Shown here piece by piece: positions 48,510 to 61,686 of a stretch of DNA of 64,000 nt (within the stretch, counting starts at the first letter, position 1; each line of letters opens with the position of its first letter). This DNA comes from Mobula birostris (Eukaryota), in the NCBI RefSeq assembly GCF_030028105.1, contig NC_092384.1:3081665-3145664 (forward strand), read 5' to 3'. The position numbers and the translations under genes are program-made. A model generated the notes under the pieces. The model made no database searches and was not told where the DNA came from. It was given only the letters and a program-made list of their open reading frames with translations.

Positions 48510-48608
48510 CTGCGCGTAGACCGTCCTCTCTTGATTGACGGGCCCTGGAACTTTCCGGGATTTGGTAAGATCTAGTGCAGCGTAAGGCACCATTGCCTCG
48601 CTTGTAGA
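48510..48608 (-). CDS. Cytoplasmic exon with ITIM (STSEAMVPYAALDLTKSRKVPGPVNQERTVYAQ)
   Basis: Acceptor tttcaatctatgcag|, donor |gtacgt; 99 nt, phase 0-0; VPYAAL plus TVYAQ with tyrosines 22 aa apart. Confidence 0.75.
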
Positions 48609-49289
48609 CTGCATAGATTGAAACACAGAAATATACACATTTTAAAAGTGCAGGCGCCAGAAACGATCTGTACGCACAAACATATAATGCCGATTATGAA
48701 TCTGTACGGCCTTGATCAACGCACCTGCACGGACAGTGCAAAAGAAAATAACACACATCGCGTCGACAAAGCTCCTCAGTATGATCTTTGAAATGCCGGA
48801 AATTACCTTAATTTCCATACCTGCTTGATGTTGGACTTTACAGTCACAAAACGACAACTTCTCGCCAAGAATTAAACGTAAGTAATAAGTAAATTCAGCT
48901 GCAGTCCGTATTAGTGCTTGCAACCACATACGGTAATTTCATTTTCTGGTTACTAGCTTCACTTAGTCATAAATGAAAAGCCTGTTTCCGGCTACATGTA
49001 GCAGTTAAGTCCGTGCAAGAAACAGAACTAGCCTGTCACTTTATTTTGAGGATACAGTACAGAATAGGGAACTGCTATTCCAGCAGTAGTCTGAAGGTAC
49101 GACCAGACCGCCCCAGGCAAGGACAGCAGGTATGATCGATATTCATGACATTGCTCTGGAGTTAAAAGCATCCAATAATAGATCACCTGTTTTGTTGTTA
49201 GCAAGCAAGGTTGTTAAAAAGTGAGTTTAAAATACCAGTTTAGCAAAGTAGGATAAAATCTCCTATTAATGTGAACAGACAAAATATAT

Positions 49290-49545
49290 TAGAAACATAA
49301 AACATAAAAAATCTACAGTACAATACAGGCCCTTCGACCCACAGAGCTGTGCCGAACATGTCCCTACCTTATAATACCTACACTTTACCCATGTCCCTCT
49401 ACTTTTCTAAGCTGCATGTAGCCATCTAGTAGTCTGTTAAAAGACCCTATCGTTTCCGTCTCCACCACCGCCACCGGCAGCCCATTCCACGCACTGTCAC
49501 TCTCTGCGTAACAACTTACCCCTGACATCCCCTCATATTGGATGC
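49290..49545 (-). mobile_element. CR1 3-prime end fragment in an intron
   Basis: aaacataaaacataaaaaatctacagtacaatacaggcccttc tail; matches 14650-14890. Confidence 0.8.
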
Positions 49546-49756
49546 TAACTACTTTATGCTGTCTAGAAGACAAACACAGAGATGTCTAGTTTCATTGTTA
49601 TGCGGGTGATAATGCTAAAATTGTCTACAAATTAAGCTGATGGTAATTAGAAGAATTAGCGAGTGTCAGCAGTCCTGTGGGCATGAACATCCAATCCGCA
49701 TTTGATGATAATCTTGTAACTTAACAACAAAATACCCACGACAATGAACATAGAGG

Positions 49757-49778
49757 CACACACACACACACAGACACA

Positions 49779-49826
<48 letters not shown>
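49757..49826. repeat. (CA)n microsatellite
   Basis: Direct reading. Confidence 0.98.
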
Positions 49827-49832
<6 letters not shown>

Positions 49833-50557
49833 GTGCATTGTGTTATTGCATTTTACATACAATTCAATCGGTTTTGGATACATACCCTGCATTGATCGGA
49901 TCTTTCTTCCTCCTTTTGAGTGCCTGGAAGTTAAATGAGTTGAAAATTAACATATTGGCATCAAAGACAGAGGATTCACATCGAGTTACTGGACATTGCT
50001 AAACATTGCAAAGGAATGGCCTCCTTTCCAGAGTTTTTTAAAATATTAGGACACTGTTCTGATGTTGACGGATTTTAATGTTGGTTTTTGCCTTTGGGGC
50101 TTACAATGCCGGCATGGAAAGAGAATTCGTCTGCAAAGTTTGCGAGAGCGCCAGTGTCTCCCCGAATGCCAGAGTTCAGCATTAATGAATTCCGAGTCAC
50201 CAAAAATACACTGTGCATACTAAGTGAATGAGAGAATCCCTTATATTTTAAATTAGAGGATAATTTCTTACGTTGAGTTCCTGCTTCCAGTTCTTTTAGA
50301 CGAACAATTGTTTTTGACCAATTCAAGCTACATTCATCAGAACATGGTGATCATTAACGCAAAACCATAGCTAATGATAGAAGGTGAACATGTTGAGGTT
50401 TCAAAGCCAATCATCTCCTCACTAAAGGGGAAATAAATCAAACAGAGAAACAACGTTATAGTAATAAATGTTGTCGATGATTTCACAAGTGGAAGTGGTG
50501 GGGTGGATGGAAAGTTGACCACATCTTAGGTAAAAATGGAGAGTGAAATACGCTTAC

Positions 50558-50601
50558 GTAGACAGAATCTGTCTGGATTTTCAAAGAAAGTGAAAAGCTA
50601 C
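50558..50601 (-). CDS. Candidate short cytoplasmic linker exon (GSFSLSLKIQTDSVY)
   Basis: Acceptor cttttacatttactctgtag|, donor |gtaagc; its 44 nt convert phase 1 (end of the TM exon) to phase 0 (ITIM exon). Other candidate exons lie nearby. Confidence 0.35.
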
Positions 50602-52066
50602 CTACAGAGTAAATGTAAAAGCTCAGTTGGTGACAGTTTGAAACCTTTAGCAGAATGATCATCCCAACTTTGAGAAAGAGTGCCGAAGAAAACGGAACTG
50701 CACAGAGTGAGCAGTGACGGTGAGTACAACTGGGACCAACATAACTACTCATCGTGCCGAGTAACGGTCAGTACAACTGGGACCAATGATGTTAGTAGTT
50801 AGACTCGGAATCAAACAGAGAGCTCTAAATTTGGATGTGACACAAATTTGAGAGAGATCCTCAGTACTGAGAACATTACAGCGGGTTATCAGAATCTTGA
50901 TAAACTGATTTAACGCGCGATAGTGAATTTCAACAGAAGGGACAAGAAGATCCTTCATTACTGGAACGTGCGAATCCTATGGTAGAAGAGTGTAGGCGTC
51001 TCGGTGAATAAACGCACGACAATCTTACACTACGTCTTTGGTGGGCAAGACCGTAAAACGCAGACAATCAAAACTCAGGTTTAGAGAGCCAAGGCTGAAA
51101 AAGAGGGACATTATGCGAAACCTGACGGCATCTCACTCAGAGTGACCAGCAGAGCGGCCTGTCTAGAAACATCGGGCAAAAACACGTTTTTATCTTGTTT
51201 TTGAAACAAATTGCAGTAATCGTCCGAGAAATGTAAGGACATCGATTACAGATCGAGTCTCCTTTCTCATAACAAGGACGAGGGATGGCATAATAAATGT
51301 GTTAAACTTTTACGAAATTATTAGGTAATTCGATGCAGGAAGATTGAACATAAGACCATAAGATAAAGGAGCAGAAGTAGGCTCTTCGACCCATCGAGTC
51401 TGCTCTGCCATTAAATTACGGGCTGATCCAATTCTTAAAGTCATCTCCTTTCCCCTCCCTTCTCCCCATACCCTTTGATGCCCTGGCTAATCAAGAACCT
51501 GTCTATCTCTGCCTTAATGCACCCAAAGAATTATTGACCTCCACAGCCGCTCGTGGCAGCAAATTCCACAAATTTATCGCCCTCTGACTAAAGTAATTTC
51601 TTCGCATCTCTGTTGTTAGTGGACATCCTTCAATCCTGAAGTCGTGCCCTCTTGTCCTGGACTCCTTTACCATGGGAAATAACTTTGTCATATCTAAGCT
51701 GTTTAGGCCTTTTAACATTCGGAATGTTTCTAAGAGGTTCCCGCACCCCCCCCTCCCCCGAACTTTCTCCTGAACGCCAGGGAATACAGACTAAGAGCTG
51801 CCAGATATTCCTCATATGGTAACCCTTTCACTCCTGGAATCATACTCGTAAATCTTCTCTGAACCCTGTACAATGTCTGTGTAGCCTATCTAAAATAAGG
51901 AGCCCAAAACTGCACACAGTGCTCTAAGTGTGGTTTCACGAGCGCCTTAGAGCCTCAACATCAGATCCCTGCCCTTATGGTTTATGCCTCCAGAAATGAA
52001 TGCCAACATTACATTTGTCTTCTTACCACTGACTCAACCTGGAGGTGAACATTTAGCGTATCCTGC

Positions 52067-54704
52067 ACATAGAAACATAGAAAGATAGAAAATAGGTGCA
52101 GGAGTAGGCCATTCGGCCCTTCCAGCCTGCACCGCCATTTATTATGATCATGGCTGATCATCCAACTCAGAACACCGCCCCAGCCTTCCCTCCATACCCC
52201 CTGACCCCCGTAGCCACAAGGGCCATATCTAACTCCCTCTTAAATATAGCTAATGAACTGGCCTCAACTGTTTCCTGTGGCAGAGAATTCCACAGATTCA
52301 CCACTCTCTGTGTGAAGAAGTTTTTCCTAATCTCGGTCCTAAAAGGCTTCCCCTCTATCCTCAAACTGTGACCCCTCGTTCTGGACTTCCCCAACATCGG
52401 GAACAATCTTCCTGCATCTAGCCTGTCCAATCCCTTTAGGATCTTATACGTTTCAATCAGATCCCCCTCAATCTTCTAAATTCCAACGAGTACAAGCCCA
52501 GTTCATCCATTCTTTCTTCATATGAAAGTCCTGCCATCCCAGGAATCAATCTGGTGAACCTTCTCTGTACTCCCTCTATGGCAAGGATGTCTTTCCTCAG
52601 ATTATGGGACCAAAACTGCACACAATACTCCAGGTGTGGTCTCACCAAGGTCTTGTACACCTGCAGTAGTACCTCCCTGCTCCTGTACTCAAATCCTCTC
52701 GCTATAAATGCCAGCATACCATTCGCCTTTTTCACCGCCTGCTGTACCTGCATGCCCACTTTCAATGACTGGTGTACAATGACACCCAGGTCACGTTGCA
52801 CCTCCCCTTTTCCTAATCGGCCACCATTCAGATAATAATCTGTTTTCCTATTTTTGCCACCAAAGTGGATAACTTCACATTTATCCACATTAAATTGCAT
52901 CTGCCATGAATTTGCCCACTCACCCAACCTATCCAAGTCACCCTGCATCCTCTTAGCATCCTCCTCACAGCTAACACTGCCACCCAGCTTCGTGTCATCC
53001 GCAAACTTGGAGATGCTGCATTTAATTCCCTCATCCAAGTCATTAATATATATTGTAAACAACTGGGGTCCCAGCACTGAGCCTTGCGGTACCCCACTAG
53101 TCACCGCCTGCCATTCTGAAAAGGTCCCGTTAATTCCCACTCTTTGCTTCCTGTCTGCTAACCAACTCTCCACCCACACCAATACCTTACCCCCAATACC
53201 GTGTGCTTTACGTTTGCACACTAATCTCCTGTGTGGGACCTTGTCAAAAGCCTTCTGAAAATCCAAATATACCACATCCACTGGTTCTCCCCTATCCACT
53301 CTATTAGTTACATCCTCAAAAAATTCTATGAGATTCGTCAGACATGATTTTCCTTTCACAAATCCATGCTGACTTTGTCCGATCATTTCACCGCTTTCCA
53401 AATGTGCTGTTATCACATCCTTGATAACTGACTCCAGCAGTTTCCCCACCACCGACGTTAGGCTAACCGGTCTATAATTCCCCGGTTTCTCTCTCCCTCC
53501 TTTTTTAAAAAGTGGAGTTACATTAGCCACCCTCCAATCCTCAGGAACTAGTCCAGAATCTAACGAGTTTTGAAAAATTATCACTAATGCATCCACTATT
53601 TCTTGGGCTACTTCCTTAAGCACCCTGGGATGCAGACCATCTGGCCCTGGGGATTTATCTGCCTTCAATCCCTTCAATTTACCTAACACCACTTCCCTAC
53701 TAACATGTATTTCGCTCAGTTCCTCCATCTCACTGGACCCTCTGTCCCCTACTATTTCTGGAAGATTATTTATGTCCTCCTTAGTGAAGACAGAACCAAA
53801 GTAATTATTCAATTGGTCTGCCATGTCCTTGCTCCCCATAATCAATTCACCTGTTTCTGTCTGTAGGGGACCTACATTTGTCTTTACCAGTCTTTTCCTT
53901 TTTACATATCTATAAAAGCTTTTACAGTCCGTTTTTATGTTGCCTGCCTGTTTTCTCTCATAATCTTTTTTCCCCTTCCTAATTAAGCCCTTTGTCCTGC
54001 TCTGCTGAACTCTGAATTTCTCCTAGTCCTCAGGTGAGCCACTTTCTCTGGCTAATTTGTATGCTGCTTCTTTGGAATTGATACTATCCCTAATTTCTCT
54101 TGTCAGCCACGGGTGCACTACCTTCCTTGATTTATTCTTTTGCCAAACTGGGATGAACATTTGTTGCAGTTCATCCATGCAACCTTTAAATGCTTGCCAT
54201 TGCATATCCACCGTCAACCCTTTAAGTGTCATTTGCCAGTCTATCTTAGCTAATTCACGTCTCATACCTTCAAAGTTACCCCTCTTTAAGTTCAGAACCT
54301 TTGTTTCTGAATTAACTATGTCACTCTCCATCTTAATGAAGAATTCCACCATATTATGGTCACTCTTACCCAAGGGGCCTCTCACGACAAGATTGCTAAT
54401 TAACCCTTCCTCATTGCTCAAAACCCAGTCCAGAATAGCCTGCTCTCTAGTCGGTTTCTCGACATGTTGGTTCAAAAAACCATCCGGCATGCATTCCAAG
54501 AAATCCTCTTCCTCAGCACCTTTACCAATTTGGTTCACCCAATCTACATGTAGATTGAAGTCACCCATTATAACTGCTGTTCCTTTATTGCACACATTTC
54601 TAATTTCCTGTTTAATACCATCTCCGACCTCACTACTACTGTTAGGTGGCCTGTATACAACTCCCACCAGAGTCTTCTGCTCCTTAGTGTTATGCAGCTC
54701 TACC
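52067..54704 (-). mobile_element. Young CR1 5-prime-truncated copy 2, ~2.64 kb, near-identical to 31552-34181
   Basis: RT ORF 52457-53845 is in frame with the EN part apart from one TGG>TAG stop at ~54023; tail at 52067. Confidence 0.95.
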
Positions 54705-57629
54705 AAGTCCGTTTGCATCTCTGCATTTTGAATTCTGCTCCCATCTAAATAATAGTCTGGTGGTTTATTTATTCCAACAAAGAGCATGACCATACACTTT
54801 CCAACACTGTATTTCATTTGCCACTTCTTTGCCCATTCTCCTAAGCGATCCAACTCTCTCTGCAGGCTGTCTGTTTCCTCAACACTACCCGTTCCTCCAT
54901 CTATCTCTGTATCATCGGCAAATTTAGCTGCAAATCCATTAAGCACCCAGTACAAATCATTAACATACATAATTAAAAGCAACGGTCGCACCACGGACCC
55001 CTGTGGAACTTCACTGGTAATCGACAGCCAGCCAGAATAGGATCCCTTTGTTCGCCCTCGGCTTTCTGCCGCCCGCCAATGCACCACGCATGGGATCTTA
55101 TTCTGCTAAGCAGCCTCATGTGCGGCACCTGTCGAAGGCCTTCTTAAAATCCAAATATCCCACATCTATTTCATCTCATTTGTCTACCCTGCTTGTAATT
55201 TCCTCAAAAAATTGCAGTAGATTAGACATTCAGAATTTTCCTTAAAGAAAACCATGTTGGCTTTAGTCTATCTCTGCATGTGCCTCCAGGTATTCCGTAA
55301 TATCATCCTGAACAATTGATTCCCAACAACTTCCCAATCACTAATGTCAGGCTAACCGGTCCATAGTTTCATTTCTGCTGCCTCCAACCCTTCTGAAATA
55401 GCGGATTAACATTTGCAATTTTCTGGTCATCTGGTACAATGCCAGAATCTATTGATTCTTGAAAGATCATTGTTAATGCCTCCACAATCTCTCCAACTAC
55501 TTACTTCAGAACCGGAGGGTGTATTCCATCAGGTCCAGGAGATTTATCCACCCTGAGACCCGTAAGCCTCCTGAGCACCTTCTCAGTCGTAATTTTCACT
55601 GTACAAGCTTCACTACCCTGACACTCTTGAATGTCCGATATACTGCAGATGTCTCCCACTGTGAAGACTGATGCAAAATACGCATTCAGTTCCTCTGCCA
55701 TCTCTGTGTCTCTCATTACAATATCTCCAGCGTCATTTTCTGTTCGTCCTATATCTGCACTCAACTCTCTTTTACCGTTTATATACCTAAAGAAAGCTTT
55801 TAGTATCTTCTTTGATATTAGTCGCCAGGTTTTTTCATAATTCATCTTTTCCATCCTGATGACCTTCTTAGTTTCCTTCAGCAAGATTTTAAAAGCTTCC
55901 CAATCCTCTGTTTTGCCGTTAGCTTTGGCTTCCTTGTATGCTCTCTCTTTTGCTTTCACTTTGGCTCTGATTTCATTTGTCAGCCACGGTAGTTTCTTTC
56001 TTGCATTCCAAAATTTCTTCTTTTTTGGATTATATCTGTTTCGCATTTCCGAATTTTTTTGCAGAAATCCCAGCCATTGCTGCTCTGCGATCCTTCCTGC
56101 TAGTCTCCCTTTCCAGTCAACTTCGGCTAGTTCCCCTCTCTTGCTATTGTAACTTCCTTTACTCCACTGAAATACCGACACATTGGAATTTAGTTTCTCC
56201 TTCTCAAATTTCAAAGTGAACTCAATCATATTGTGATCACCGTTCCCTAAGGGTTCCTTAACCTTGAACTCTCTTATCACCTCCATATCAATGCACAACA
56301 CCCAATCCAGCACAGCCAATCCCCTACTGGGCTCAACAACAAGCTGTTCTAAAAAGATATTCCTTAGACATTCTGCAAATTCTCTCTCTTCAGGTCCAGT
56401 CCTGGCCTGGTTTTCCCAATCCACTTTCATCTGAAAATCACCAACGATTATCATGACTTTGCCTTTGCGTCACGCCTTTTCCATCTCCTGCTGTAATTTG
56501 TAATCCACATCTCGGCTGCCGCTTGGAGACCCGTATACAAATGGCATTAGGGTCCTTTTACCCTGGTCATTTCTTAACTCAACGCATGGAGTCTCTACAC
56601 CCTCTGACCCTATGTCATCCCTTTCTAATGATTTAATATTAGTTCTTAAACACAACAATCCCTCTGCCTACTAACCTATGTTTCCCATACACCGTATATC
56701 CTTGGATGTTCAGCTCCCAAAGGCAGCCACTCTTTAGCCAAGTTTCAGAGATGTCCACAACGTCATACTTGCCAATCTGTATCTGAATTTTAAGATCGTC
56801 CATTTTATTTCTTAGGCTGCGTGCATACAAATATACCATTTTAGCCTAGTATTTGTTGCTTTCTGTTTTAACTACACTATGCCTCTATTGTTCTGTAACT
56901 CATCTCACTGGCTGTGATTATGCCTCATCTCCTGCCTGTCCTTTCTATCCTCTCTGTAGCACGCTATCTTTGGTTTATTTATGTTTTCCCCTTCCTCAGC
57001 CCTATCACTCCAGTACCCATCCCCCTGCCAAATTCGTGTAAATTCCCACGAACACCTCTATTAAACCTGCCTGCTAGGATATTGGGTCCCTTTGGGTTCA
57101 GGTGTAACCCTTCCTTTTTTGTACAGTTGTTACCTCCACCAGAAGAGTCCCCAATGATCCAGAGTTCCGAAGCCCTGCCCCCTACACCAGTCTCAGAGCC
57201 TCGCATTAATATGCCTGATCATGCTATTCTTGTGCTCGTTAGCACGTGGCACAGGCATCAATCCTGAGATTACTACCCTGGGGGTCCTGCTTTTCAGCTT
57301 CCAACCCAACTCCCTGTAATCTCTCTTCAGGACATTCACCGTTTTTCTACCTAAGCCATTGGTATCAATGTGTAACAAGACTTCTGACTGTTGACCTTTT
57401 CCCCTTCAGAATACTCTGCACCGGATCCGAGACATCTCGTACCCTGGCACCTGGGGGGCAACACACCATGCAGGTATGTCTACCAGGCTGACTTAGGGTC
57501 TCGGCCTGAAACGTCGACTGCACCTCTTCCTACAGATGCTGCCTGGCCTGCTGCGTTCACCAGCAACTTTGATGTGTGTGACTTAACCTCCTGTCTGTTC
57601 CCCTCACTATGGAATCCACTGTGACTACC

Positions 57630-58790
57630 CGATTCTCATCTTATTCTCTCCTGGGCGGGAGGAGAAGATGGCGGCGCGACGCAGCTCGCAGCGGCCACTC
57701 CGGTGGTGATATCTGTTATCTGTCAAGTAGGGTGCCGTGCACAATCCTGATTTGATGGAGACAGACGTGAGAACACGGTGGAACATCTGGTGAAACTTCT
57801 CAAAGTCCTGCTTCGCTGCCACTGCTACTGTGTGATCTAGAATCTCCGGAGGGGAAGTCCCCAAGTCATAGAAACATAGAAACATAGAAAATAGGTGCAG
57901 GAGTAGGCCATTCGGCCCTTCGAGCCTGCACCACCATTCAGTACGATCATGGCTGATCATCCAACTCAGAACCCTGTACCAGCCTTCCCTCCATACCCCC
58001 TGATCCCTTTAGCCACAAGGGCCATATCTAACTCCCTCTTAAGTATGGCCAATGAACTGGCCTCAACTGTTTCCTATGGCAGAGAATTCCACAAATTCAC
58101 CACTCTCTGTGTGAAGAACTTTTTCCTAATCTCGGTCCTAAAAGGCTTCCCCTTTATCCTCAAACTGTGACTCCTCGTTTTGGACTTCCCCAACATCGGG
58201 AACAATCTTCCTGCATCTAGCCTGTCCAATCCCTTTAGGATTTTATACGTTTCAATCAGATCCCCCCTCAATCTTCTAAATTCCAACGAGTATAAGCCTA
58301 GTTCATCCAGTCTTTCATCGGCTTTGCTTGTTGCTCGGCGGCTGGGGTGGGTTGAGGCGCTCGGCAGAGGATGGTGCTCAGTGCTCGGTGTCAGAGTGTT
58401 GGTTGGAGGCTCGAAGATTTCGGACGGACTCAGGGTCCACTGCAGTCGGTTTCTTCCAATGCATCAACAAGTTTGCGGCGCTTGGAGGTTCATGGCAGGG
58501 AGAGTTTCTCCCTTCTACCGTCTGCGTGAGATGATGGGGCTATCGGGAATTGAGACTTTTTTTTTTTTTTACCGTGCCCACGGTCTGCTCTTTATCAAAT
58601 TACGGTATTGCTTTGCACTGTTGTAACTATATTTTATAATTATGTGGTTTTGCCAGTTTTAGTCTTGGCTTGTCCTGTGTTTCTGTGATATCTTTCTGGA
58701 GGAATATTGTATCATTTTTAACGCATGTATTTCTAAATGACAATAAAGGAAGACTGAGTCTCCTCATAATCTAAACTCATCTAATCTAAT
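57630..58790 (+). mobile_element. GC-rich non-coding SINE-like repeat with (TAATC)n tail, split by a young CR1 insertion
   Basis: aagatggcggcgcgacgcagc...ggaagtccccaagtc | atcggctttgcttgttgc... ends gacaataaagg...ctaatctaatct. Family recalled, not verified. Confidence 0.5.
57868..58316 (-). mobile_element. Young CR1 3-prime end (copy 3, ~450 bp)
   Basis: Near-identical to 31552-31995; ORF 58074-58286. Confidence 0.92.
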
Positions 58791-59599
58791 CTCTTCTGCA
58801 CCACGGAATCACGGTCAGTACTCGAGACCCGATCACAGTGGTCGTCCTCTGTCAGACCACCCCCTGAACAGCATCCAAAGCGAGATAACGATTACTGAGG
58901 GGTATGGCCAGAGGGTGCTCTCTAGTCTCGGAGCTCTTCCCATCCCTTCACAGACAGTCACCCTCTTATCTAACTCCTGTAGCCTCCGGGTGACTAACTC
59001 CTTGTAGCTCCTATCTATCTCCTGCTCACGTTCCCTAATAAGTTGTAGGTCATCAGGCCGCAGTTCCACATCGCTAACACGGTCTCTCAGGAGCTGCATC
59101 TCGGTGCACGTGTCGCAGATGTGGCCATCTGGGAGACTGAAAGTTTCCCAGGATTCCCACATCTGACACCCAGAGCAAAGTACTAACCTGGAGATCTGGT
59201 CTCTGCTCCACCAAAAAAAAAAAAAGAAGAAAAGCAGGAATGAAAAAACGACGTCCGCTTACCTCACTGAAGCCCGAATGATCCAAACCCCTACCACTCT
59301 GCCTCAGACCACTGCTATCATGACCGCTCCACTAGGCAGTGTATCCCTTTTATTGCTGAACGTCCCTGCTCCCCAGGTCAGGATTGGTTCTCCGGTTGTA
59401 GCCGAGTTCCCGCGAGGCTTCCCCCTTTCAAACTTCGCTCCCGGACCTGTGCACCGCCTCCTCTCCCGGAGCTCTCCAACTCACGATTGGTGCGCCGGTT
59501 ATAGAACAATACAACACTACACTGGCTCTTCGGCACATTCCCTTTGTGCCGACACTGTGCACTATTCCAACATATTCTCCCACATAACTCTCTGTTATT

Positions 59600-60990
59600 T
59601 CTTCATACATGTGCGTATTTCAAAGTCTCTCTCTTAAATACCTCTAATAATTTGCTTCTACCACCAAGCCTCGTAGCGAGTTCCACGCATTCCCATTCTC
59701 TTTTTTATAAGAATTATTACCTTCCTGACATCTCATCTATTCTTTCTTCCAGTGGCCTTAAAATTATACCCCCTTGTATTAGCTATTTCTGCCCTGGAAA
59801 ATAAGTCTCCGCCTGTCCTCTTTATTTATGCCTCTTAACATTTTGTAAATCTTTCTGACATAATCTCCCACGCTACTTCGCTCCAAAGAGGAACTTCCTA
59901 ACTCGCTGAACGTGCCCTCATCAGCCATGCTCTGTAATCCAGGCAACATTTTGGTAAATCTCCCTGGCACCTTATCTAAAGCTACCACATGTTTTCAATA
60001 ATGAAGCGACCAGAAGTAAACAGAATATTCTCAGTGTGGTCTAATCAGAGTTTTATCGTGCTGCAGTCTTAGTTCGCGGCTATTGAATTCAGTCCCCCAA
60101 TTAATGAAAGTTATTACTTTTTTTACCCACTCAATCGCCAGGCACTGCAAATTTGAGAGATCAATGAACATCGACCCAAGATACCTCTGTTCGGTTGAGG
60201 ATGAGAGGTGACCTGATAGTGGTGTATAAAGTGATGAGGGGCATTAATCGTGTGGATAGTCAGAAGCTTTTTCCCAGGGCTGAAAGTCTAACACGATGGG
60301 GCATAGCTTCAATGTGCTTGGAAAAAGGTATCGAGGGACTGTCAGGGATACGTTTTTCACACAGACAGACGTTGGTTCGTGAAATGCACCGCCGGCGGAT
60401 TGTGGAGGTGGATATAATAGGGCCTTTTAACAGCCTGTTAGATACGTATATTGAGCTTAGAAAAATAGAGGACTATGCGCCAGGGAAATTCTAGGCAATC
60501 TCTACGGTGGGTTACATGATCGGCACAATATTGTGGGCCGCCGGGCCTGTAATGTGCTGTAAATTTCTATGTTCTCTGTTCTAAGTCTACTCTGTTATTG
60601 CTCCCTTGTAATCTGCCTTCAGGTTCAGCCGTTGACAGTGAACTACTTCACGCTTTTCCATGTTGTAATTCATTTGTCGCTTCAGAGCCCAGCTCTGTCC
60701 CTTTGAAACATCCGGCAAACTTCTACACGATCCACACCACCTCCAGTCTCCGTGTCATCTGCAAGTCTACTAACCAACTCTCCCACTTCCTCATTCAAGC
60801 CCTATAAAAAATTCCCAAAAATGAGGGTCTCCAGAACAGATCCCTGTGGAACACGGCTGGTTGCCGTCCTGCAGGCAGAACACACCCTGCCTGCAACCGC
60901 TCCCTGCCTTCTATCAGCAAGTCAATTCTGAACCGACTTTCCCTCATTACCTTGCCTGTTGATTTTCTGAATGAGCCTAGCATGGGAAAG
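59600..60990. mobile_element. Old CR1 fragments in both orientations
   Basis: Minus-strand RT C-terminus at 59600-60190; plus-strand MRGDLIVVYKVMRGINRVDSQKLFP at 60195-60570; minus-strand pieces at 60720-60990. Confidence 0.7.
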
Positions 60991-61686
60991 CTTGCCAAAT
61001 GCCTGACTGAAATCCAGAAACACCACACCTACTGGCTAGCAATCCCATCCAGTAAAGCAGTGCTGCTGACAAGTCAACAGAAGCTCCGAAGACTTTATCC
61101 CTGCGGGAGGAAAGATCTTCGCCCAGAAGTGGTATGACGTCGTGTGGTGAACACAAAAGCACAAGGGCGACCCATCTTCTATCAGCCCAGGATAGAAGGA
61201 GTGGGTACAAATAGAAGGATAACGTACCGAGTATTTCAAAATCCCTGGCCCTATTAACCTTTGTGCACACAAGTTAGTTGGGATACCTACTTCCCAAAAA
61301 ATGCAGACAGTCTGTGGGCCGGATGGATGTGATAAGTCTTGTTGGATGAGAGTGGCAATGCGAGAAGCTGAACATGAACTGATTATTGGACATGGGCGAG
61401 CTGCTGCCGACGGTCAATGCCCCGGTAGGTGTGGAGGGATTAAGAAGACGACGAAGAAGAAAACCCCAAAGAAAGTTGAAAAAGAACTGTGACAACATCG
61501 TATTGAGAGTATGGAGTCACGGTGATTTACGCTAGAGGAGCATAAATCATAACCCGCGATGGCGTGCCGATATGTACGATGTAATCAGTTGTAACCCACT
61601 GGAGTGCTTAAGGAATAGATAAAACTTCTCTCTCACTCTTTCTTTACCCAACTTCCCCTGCACGTTCAGCTAATTCAGATTCTTAC

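Larger units (their letters stand above)
51335..59500 (-). mobile_element. Older near-full-length CR1 (ORF1 zinc finger/leucine zipper plus SGNH esterase; ORF2 EN-RT), heavily interrupted, in a gene intron
   Basis: ORF1 N-terminus (HICDTCTEMQLLRDRV, 58833-59162); esterase (LHIDTN...VVISGLMPVP; GLHLNPKG); EN start (YARSLRNK, SETW, 56639-56839); RT pieces 54710-55300; 3-prime tail at ~51345. Confidence 0.8.

Noticed and set aside
49656-49892. ORF with CVCVCV run
   Set aside because: It is the translation of the (CA)n microsatellite.
50075-50958. Overlapping minus-strand ORFs of 60-90 aa inside the receptor intron
   Set aside because: They have no domain features; only short splice-bounded parts are plausible exons, and those are reported separately.
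32033-54731. Plus-strand ORFs opposite the young CR1 copies (e.g. 33537-34196, 54057-54731, 32333-32737)
   Set aside because: They are antisense shadows of CR1 ORF2, repeated because the element is repeated.
54023-55087. 354-aa ORF with RT motifs placed before endonuclease motifs
   Set aside because: It is a chance in-frame junction between the old host CR1 RT and the 5-prime-truncated EN of the young insert, not a novel domain order.
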